Source: Octopus vulgaris
Taxonomy: Eukaryota
Length of the DNA: 64,000 nucleotides
Direction of reading: 5' to 3'
Assembly: GCA_951406725.2 (NCBI GenBank)
Contig: OX597819.1
Span: 109,678,001 to 109,742,000, forward strand
Positions 54,263 through 64,000 of the stretch are shown here, piece after piece; position 1 is the first letter of the stretch; the number at the start of each line of letters is the position of its first letter. The notes under the pieces were generated by a model. That model did no database searches. It saw only the letters and a program-made list of their open reading frames with translations, and was not told the origin of the DNA. The position numbers were made by a program, and so were the translations under genes.

Positions 54263-54879
54263 GCACACGCACAAATGTACACGACTGTACTACGTTTCAG
54301 TTATATTTTATGGGTGTGTATAAATTAAAAGGACTCACTTGATTTCTGACATTAATCCTTTTGTTAGTTTTTATTCTGTCTTCCTTGTAAATAAATCCCA
54401 ACGTTGTATGTTGTATGCCTGACTCTGTTTTCTTTCTTAATTATGTATTACTCCTATAAAGAGTGGAAAATGCTCCGTTTTCAAATATCCTCAAAGCAAA
54501 CAGTTACAATGTATACATTCGCTACTCGAGTAGCAACCTGCAACATAGAATAAAAATTGTCAATTAAACACCAGTTATTTATATTATATATTAATAATTT
54601 CTCTTATTTATAACACAAATGCATACGCCTTAATGGAACTCAATTAACTGACTGGTGGTATATTGATTCAATGTGTGAGCCTCAATTAGTCACTATCTCT
54701 GCCAGAAATAGCAGCCAAACTTATCACAGATCGCAACCTGTCATGATTTTTTTTTATTTCTTACATCTAATGAAGCAGCGGTACCTATATATTTTGCAGA
54801 TCATTCAAGTGTAATGTAATTTAGGAACCCGCTTAAACTTTTGTAAATTGATACATGCAGAAAAGACATGTTCAGGGTG

Positions 54880-55560
54880 AAAATTTCAGAAGTCCGACAT
54901 TGTCACATCACCCGTAACTGTTACTGATCAGTCAGGAGTATCATGGATATTCAGTATAAAACTGACAGAGCTTTGACAAATCAATTGACTTCTAATGCTA
55001 TTGACTTGTTATGTCTCCGACAGCGAGAAGGTTGTGTAATATGTGTATGTGTGCAAAGTAGTAACACTAAGGTAGTGTTTGGACAACCCCACCCGTAAAC
55101 GTAGATACGTATACTGTAGGGTGTGGTAGAAGTTGGGTTTCAAGATTAGAGCGAGGTCTGTGTGTTGGTCAGATGAGCGTGTTAGGGATGAAATATGTTG
55201 AGGATTGCAAATTTTTCGGTTGCTGCACCGACAATACCAATATGGATGAGTATGAGAACCAAGGAGGTTTGTTAACGTTGAAATTGCTTAAGAAGAGACT
55301 TCGGAGAGAAGTAAGATGAGATGGATATTTTCGAAGCAGGAGAAGATATAACCGAAGACTTGTTGGTGGTCGAAGAAATTCGGAGAGCGGTAGAAGAAGC
55401 AGCTGTAAATGGAGTGAGTGAAAGAGGCTTTGGGGTTTGAGTGATTTGCTTCTCAGAGAAGACTAGGGTGTGTAGTTTGTATGTTTGTAATGCGTGATGT
55501 AGTTGGTTTAGATCGGGTAGGAATTTACTGATGTTAGAGAAAAGAAAGTATTTGGCCAGT
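54880..55560 (-). pseudogene. Decayed LINE APE endonuclease region
   Basis: Minus strand FYRSPNF ... NFNV..PPWFS. Inverted homolog at 56437-56655. Confidence 0.6.
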
Positions 55561-55741
55561 GGGCTTAGCTCTAACCCTTGGTGAAGAGCGGTGGGCGAAA
55601 GTGAGTTGAGACAGTATGGAAACTCTACGACCAGGGAATTAGTCCGAATGCTTACAGCAGAGCGAACTCTGCTAAGGGCATATATGGGTCGCGTAGCGGA
55701 GTTACATCAGACTATGTGGTGTCTATCATTTATCAAGGACA

Positions 55742-56327
55742 TAATAATCCTTTCTACTATAGGCACAAGGCCAGAAATTTGAGAAGAGGGGACTAATCGA
55801 TTACATCGAACCCCGTGATTCGCTGGTACTTAATTTATTGGCGGACTTTGAACTCAGAACTTAGCAACGGATAAAATACCGTTAAGCATTTTGTCCAGCG
55901 TGCTAACGATTCTTATTTCTTTACTGCCCACAAGGGGCTACGCAGAGAGGACAAACAAGGACAAACAAATGGATTAAATCAATTATATCGACCCCAGTAC
56001 GCAGCTGGTACTTAATTTATCGACCCCGAAAGAATGAAAGGCAAAGTCGACCTCGGCGGAATTTGAACTCAGAACGTAGCGGCAGACGAAATACCTATTT
56101 CTTTACTACCCACAAGGGGCTAAACACAGAGAGGACAAACGAGGACAGACAAACGGATTAAATCAATTATATCGACCCCAGTGCGTAACTGGTACTTAAT
56201 TTATCGACCCCGAATGGATGAAAAGCAAAGTCGACCCCGGCGGAATTTGAACTCAGAACGTAGCGGCAGACGAAATACCGCTAGGCATTTCGCCCGGCGC
56301 GCTAACGTTTCTGTCAGCTCGCCGCCT
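55742..56327 (-). mobile_element. SINE family A trimer (head, tail1, tail1, tail2)
   Basis: Junctions tail1|GGTATT (about 56095) and tail1|AGAATC (about 55913). Confidence 0.92.
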
Positions 56328-56334
56328 GTTTCCT

Positions 56335-56655
56335 CAGCCTCCACACTCTAATGTTTTGTCTGTGCATACGTAGATTCCTGGTCACTCGCCTTTCTCGTTT
56401 GGACATCAACAACAAAGGCTGCTAGTTACTCTGGCTCAAAGCCTCTTTCACCCACACTTTCATTTACATCTGCGTCTTCTACCGCTCTCCGAATTTCTTC
56501 GACCACCAATAAGTCTTTGGTTATATCTCCTTCTGCTTTGAAAATATCTTTCTCCTGCTTCAAAAATATCCATCACATCTTACTTCTCTCCGAAGTCATC
56601 TTCTTAAGTAACTTCAACGTTCACATACCTCCTTGGTTCTCATACTCGTCCATAT
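56335..56655 (+). pseudogene. Decayed LINE APE endonuclease fragment (inverted copy)
   Basis: IYICVFYRSPNFFDHQ*VFGYIS ... EVIFLSNFNVHIPPWFS (YRSP and GDFN-like motifs). Confidence 0.65.
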
Positions 56656-57078
56656 TTTTATGTCCTTCCTGCATCCTTGTCTGAATAAAAAACTGGAACG
56701 TCACAGCGGGAAGCATTTTCGTTATAGGTCTTCCCAATTAGTGCAGGGCATCAGGTTAAACAATAACAACAAAAACAACGACAATAATTACAACTGCACT
56801 TGACTTTATCTTCTGATGCAGCTGAGAAGTGGGTAGTCTTTTGTGTGTATTTACTGAAAAGGAATAAAGGAAACAACAAAAACAACATCCTCCTCCTCCT
56901 CCTCCGAATCAACCTCGCGGGTAGAATAAAAGGTTCTCGGTTGTCGCCGTCAGGAAATAAATCGTATGAGAAAATTCTGCATTTAAACACTGATGTGATG
57001 CAGTTGAATCCCAGATCCACTATCAAGTGTTACTTCAAAAATCCTTAGGGAGAAATCGATATCTAAGTGAGAAATCGA

Positions 57079-57180
<102 letters not shown>

Positions 57181-57411
57181 AATTTAAATAATATGGGTGA
57201 AAAATTGAATATTAATTTGATTAATATCAATTAAACCAGTGGCCTAGCATATTGAAAAAATCTGAAGATTCAGAAAAATTATTATCCCTCTTATATGTAT
57301 GTATCTATCTATATATAATGTGTGTGTATATACGTGTGTATATATATCTATCTATATATGTATGTATACATATATGTGTATATGTGCATATGTGTGTGCA
57401 TATATGTATAC

Positions 57412-58978
<1,567 letters not shown>

Positions 58979-59022
58979 TACATACATACATACATACATA
59001 CATACATACATACATACATACA

Positions 59023-59069
<47 letters not shown>

Positions 59070-59250
59070 GGGAAGAAAATGGATATAATAACAATGAGAA
59101 ACTCGTGGTTTACGCTGGCATGTCTTTAATTAAATAGGTAATAAAAAACGTAAGAAGCAGTTGCTTCTTACTTCTTTGTTACCTATTTAATTAAAGGCAT
59201 GCCACCGTAAACCATGAGTTTCCTATTGTCATTATATCCATTTTCTTCTC
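59070..59250. repeat. Long imperfect palindrome (arms about 89 bp)
   Basis: ggaagaaaatggatataat...gtaagaagca / tgcttcttac...attatatccattttcttc. Confidence 0.92.
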
Positions 59251-59388
59251 TTATATAACCTAAACTCTGGTTTACTAACCGAAACGCTTGCTACCGTACA
59301 ATCTTACAAAAGACTGCGCCTACCCAGGTAATAGCCAGGAGCAACTCTGAATTTAATTATCCCTTAGAGGTATTAAACTCCTCTAACT

Positions 59389-59438
<50 letters not shown>

Positions 59439-59595
59439 TAGAAAAGTAACACGCGAGTTGATATGTATAATGAAAATAAGACAAGGTAGAAAATGCTAAA
59501 ATAATTTTAGCGTGAAGTACATTTTAGTACTGGTTTCCGTCTTTTTTTTTCAACTAAGAGTAAAATAAGAAAAATACAATTAAAATGGAGAAAAA

Positions 59596-59804
59596 AATTA
59601 AGTGAAATGTTTTGTAAATATTTTCATAGTCTTTGAATAGGTAAATATTTCCATAGTTTTCAGATAGTCTGTCTGTCTATTCCTTTGTGGCCTGAGTCCA
59701 GGTATTCACAAAGGAATAGAGAGACAGACAGATTGTCTGAAAACTATGAAAATATTTACCTATTCAAAGACTATGAAAATATTTACAAAACATTTCACTT
59801 AATT
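59596..59804. repeat. Long near-perfect inverted repeat (arms about 95 bp, 17-nt loop)
   Basis: aattaagtgaaatgttttgtaaatattttcatagtctttgaataggtaaatatt is matched exactly in reverse complement. Confidence 0.95.
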
Positions 59805-59813
59805 AATTAAGTG

Positions 59814-59915
<102 letters not shown>

Positions 59916-60008
59916 CAAATTTCAGCAAGGATATTAAGAAAGGTTCTTGAGATTTGAGGACAGTTTTTACAAACCTCTAACAACATTCGGATAACTAAAA
60001 TAGCATGC

Positions 60009-60245
60009 AATACCTATTTCTTTACTACCCACAAGGGGCTAAACACAGAGAGGACAAACAAGGACAGACAAACGGATAAAGTCGATTACATCGACCCCAG
60101 TGTGTAACTGGTGCTTATCTTATCGACCTCGAAAGGATGAAAGGCAAAGTCGACCTCGGCGGAATTTGAACTCAGAACGTAGCGGCAGATGAAATACCGA
60201 TAAGTATTTCGCCCGGCGTGCTAACGTTTCTGCCAGCTCGCCGCC
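60009..60245 (-). mobile_element. SINE family A monomer with tail1 followed by GGTATT
   Basis: Head ggcggcgagctggcagaaacg at 60245. Confidence 0.92.
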
Positions 60246-60947
60246 AATACCATTATGCTAGTGCTGCTGGTAATGGCCATGACTTTTTATTTGCCGCAAT
60301 TGTGGTGGAAGCGGGGACATTATATGAACAAATTACAGAAATTGTAGTGGTTTATATAGGGTTGATTATTAACAAAACAATTACATGCGAAAACCAAAGT
60401 ATATAAGTGTAATAGACTGAAGCGTCCCAATAAGAGGGCAACCTCCTATGGCCAGTCGACGAAACCGACAGTCAGAATTTCTCTGAATACTAGCGCAAAA
60501 GCCTTCTCTGAGATGCTGATAAAAGGTTCAGTCACTCGGACCATATACATCACTATCACTCATTTTCAGGGCACTTTCTGGGGGTAGCACCCCCTCCTTC
60601 GCTATAACCTCCTATTCCAGTGAAATTCAAAGTTGACGAGGACCTGGTGAAGAGGAAAGTGCCTGCGTCCAGCCACCCTGCAATCTCTTGCTACAGCCGC
60701 CAAAGGAAAACTATCTGCACTTGTAGACCAAAGGAGAGTGATGGAGTGATCATCGGGATGGATTCGATTGGTAACCAGATCAACCGATCTGTTGGACATA
60801 ACTTTACTTGTTAGTAATATTCGGACAATAAGTTTTAAACTAAGTAGAAGTAATTTATTGCTACTGTTTTATTATATGATATTCTGGAAGGAACAGAATG
60901 GTAAAATCAAGTTCCTGCTTCGTTCGTACACGATTACACAAACAATA

Positions 60948-61796
60948 CGAGGTATGATCAATAAGTACCCGGACTGTTGCAATAGTAACGAAGCCAATGT
61001 ACGCAGAATAAAGCCGCTTGGCAAAGATTGACCTTGAACTCTGCTGTGCACGCGCATTAAGTTTTAACGTTCTAGTTCACTTTAGCTGTTTACAGCAGTA
61101 CTTGGAAGGAAGGTGTGTAGTGTGTGATCGTCGCATTGACCGTGACAGTAAGTTGTCATGGCAATACATGCCCAGAGGCCTACGCAAAGTTACAGAAAGT
61201 GTATGGAGAGGGGTGTATGAGCCGCTCACACGTGCACGAGTGGTTCAGATGTTTCCAAGATGGCCGAAAAAATGTCGATATTGACGAATGTTCTGGCAGA
61301 CACACAGCCAGCAGAACTGGAAAAATACATCGCAGATGTGCGTGTAGCTGTGAAGAGAAATCGTAGAATTACCATCCGGTTCAGTTCAGTCCATTGTCAC
61401 TGAAGATTTGGGTATGAGACGCGTGTCTGCCAAGTTTGTGTCAAAACTGCTTTCAGCTATCAAAAAGACACTCGGTTACACAAGATCTCTTTGAATATGT
61501 TGAGAACGATGAAAACATTTTGAAAACTTTGAGTAGATCTCTGAGCAGATATCGCTTTTAGAAAATTTTGATACAGATTCTCAGCTCAACTTTCTCTGTC
61601 AAGGTCAATATGACGATCACACGCTACACACTTTTCTTCCAAGCACTGCTGTAAACAGCAGCAGTAAGCTAGAACGTTAAAACTTGGTGCGCATGCACAG
61701 TAGAGTTTAAGGTCAATCTTTGCAAAGCGGTTTTGCTCTGCGTGCTTTAGTTCCGTTACTATTACAACAGTCCGGATACTTATTGATCAGATCACG
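60948..61796. mobile_element. Non-autonomous mariner derivative with long (~200 bp) TIRs and TA TSD
   Basis: TA|cgaggtatgatcaataagt ... acttattgatcagatcacg|TA. Internal HTH remnant GNTCPEAYAKLQKVYGEGCMSRSHVHEWFRCFQDGRKNVDIDECSGR and EDLGMRRVSAKFV. Confidence 0.9.
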
Positions 61797-62394
61797 TATA
61801 CGTAAACAGTCACAGACACGCTTATACACATATGACCAACATGCACTAGTTATACGCTCGCACACGCGCACATATACAAACTCAAACACGCACACATACA
61901 CGCACACATGCAGTCTCATAGAATCGTAGTCATGCGCATACATAAAGAGTTACATACACACATACAAGCATGTTTACTAATACATAAGCCCACATATTCA
62001 CCCACATATACACAGGATCTCATATACAAATACACACATTCATACATACATACACACACATAGACACTTCAACACAAAGATAATACATATCAACACAACC
62101 AAGCACACGCACACACATGCGTGCACATCTAACAACCACCATCACACACATACATACACAAACTAGAACATAAGATCCGGGTTCGAAACCGCTGGATTGA
62201 CGTAACGGAATGTAAACATACTTAGGTTTTGCGGCAGCTGGAGTTGTTTGTATTGTTAACACTTGATAGGAGCTGAACCAGCTGAAGCCGTGATTTAAAA
62301 AATATTTTAAGCCATAGAATTTATGCCTGTTCGCGTCTACGAAGGCACCTAAGGCAGTTAGCAAATTTTTTTTTGAAAGCTATCATCCATATTA

Positions 62395-62560
62395 AAGGCG
62401 CAAGCGTGGCTGTGTGGTGAGATGTTTGCTTCAGAGTCACATGGTTCCGGGTTCAGTCACACTACGTGACACCTTGAACAAGTGTTTTCTACTATAGCCT
62501 CGTGTTGGCCAAAGACTTGTGAGTGGATTTGTTAGACAAAAACTGAAAGAAGCTTGTCTT
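62395..62560 (+). mobile_element. SINE family B, 5' half
   Basis: aggcgcaagcgtggctgtgtggtgag...ggttcagtc...gacaccttgaacaagtgttttctactatagcctc. Confidence 0.85.
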
Positions 62561-62577
62561 ATACACACACATCGCAC

Positions 62578-62909
62578 ATTGACCTTAAACTCTACTGTGC
62601 ATGCGCACCAAGTTGTAACGTTCTAGCTTACTGCTGCTGTTTACAGCAGTACTTGGAAGAAAAGTGTGTAGCGTGTGATCGTCACATTGACCATGGCAGA
62701 GAAAGCTGAGCAGAGAATCTGCATCAAAATTTGCTAAAAGCTTGGTGATATCTGCTCAGAGGTTTACTCAAAGTTTTCAAAATGTTTCCATCGTTCTCAA
62801 CACAATCAAAGAGATCTTGTGTAACTGAAATCCGAGTGTTTTTTTGATAGCTGAAAGCAGTTACGGCACAAACTTGGCAGACACGCGTCTCATACCTAAA
62901 TCTTCAGTG
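62578..62909. mobile_element. Partial second copy of the mariner derivative, inverted relative to about 61395-61717
   Basis: Includes MAEKAEQRICIKIC*KLGDICSEVYSK, a mariner N-terminus. Confidence 0.88.
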
Positions 62910-64000
62910 TAAAAACTTACTGTTGACAAAGTCTGCGTGGCGTTCAATTATAAATAATAAAAAATACACATTAATTACAGGGCATCATCAGCGAGAGATT
63001 ACGTAAACACGCAAGAGATAAGTACAAGATAAATACAGAAGAAAAGATATACATTAAATACAGGATATCACGAACGAGTGGAAAAATACGTAAACAAACA
63101 GAGATAAGTACGGGACCAAATACCAAAGGAAGTCTAATTCCTCCTCAGTTGTCGACTGTTTATTAATACTTGTTTAGAGCTTTCAACGACAAGACGGGAA
63201 AACTTCATAAGACAGCAGCATCCAGAAATTTTCAAAATATAAAATTTATGGAGAGTTAAGACTTCGAACGAACAAACGACACCAGAGTAGATCGTCGACT
63301 GTTTACTCTGTATGTCACTATAAGTATATGTCACTATGTATGTAAGTTAATGTGCATGTATACATGTTTGTGCTCATATAAAATTTGGATATATTTTAGA
63401 TTTTATAACTATCTGCACTCAGGTACTTTACTTTTATCGGCATAAAGTATAAAATCTGAATGTAATCCTTAAAAAATACGTAAATAATCTTAAACGCAAA
63501 CAACGGATGAAAGGTATTTGAAACTACATAACTTTTTGAAGACGTCGTTTTTTCTTAAAATAGGAATATTAATAGCGATGTAAGCCTTCCAAAATAAACT
63601 GTCGCTATATTTTGTATGCATTATTATTGACTCAGATACTGGTAAAACATATTAAGTAAACATTATTTGATACAAATACAGTCAAATTTAAATGTCAAAC
63701 AAGAAACTGTATTTATTGCCTCCTTTGCTATTTGAAACCGCCTGCAGACTTTCTGAAAATATGATTGTTAAGTGAAGTATTTTAATTACCTATTCAACTC
63801 TCTGTACAGTGCTGTAACTATAATTCATCCTCTTCTCAGGACCCCAAAACAATTGCTTGGTACGTCTGTGCAACATACCGCGAAGGTTGCTAGAATAATA
63901 CTGTGGAAGAGACTGTAGTCTCGTGTTTTCTATACGAGATGAGGAGTTTTTTTGTTATTTTCTTTATTGTTTACCATCCACTCCTCAATAACTTTTGCGT

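Overview
Eukaryotic, repeat-dominated DNA, most likely from an octopus. This rests on the extreme (AT)n/(AC)n/(ATAC)n/(ATCT)n microsatellite load and on tRNA-derived SINEs resembling the described octopus families; the species is not verifiable here. No intact, recognisable protein-coding gene is present and most ORF-track calls are microsatellite translations. The window holds at least five SINE-like or dispersed repeat families, and decayed Tc1/mariner, hAT/hATm, Merlin-type MITE, Helitron, CR1-group, RTE and Penelope-like elements. There is also a 977-bp Gypsy-type solo LTR with a 4-bp TSD, and three weak, phase-compatible minus-strand exon candidates. The most notable observations are: (1) a repeat family carrying a hammerhead-ribozyme fold with a shared non-canonical core (CUGURGA); (2) multimeric SINE arrays with two fixed junctions, each linked to a tail variant; (3) a duplication-inversion at a Merlin-type MITE whose 8-bp TSD is split into opposite orientations; (4) long fold-back hairpins at Penelope-like junctions. 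Coordinates were read by eye and may be off by a few bases, more for diverged copies.
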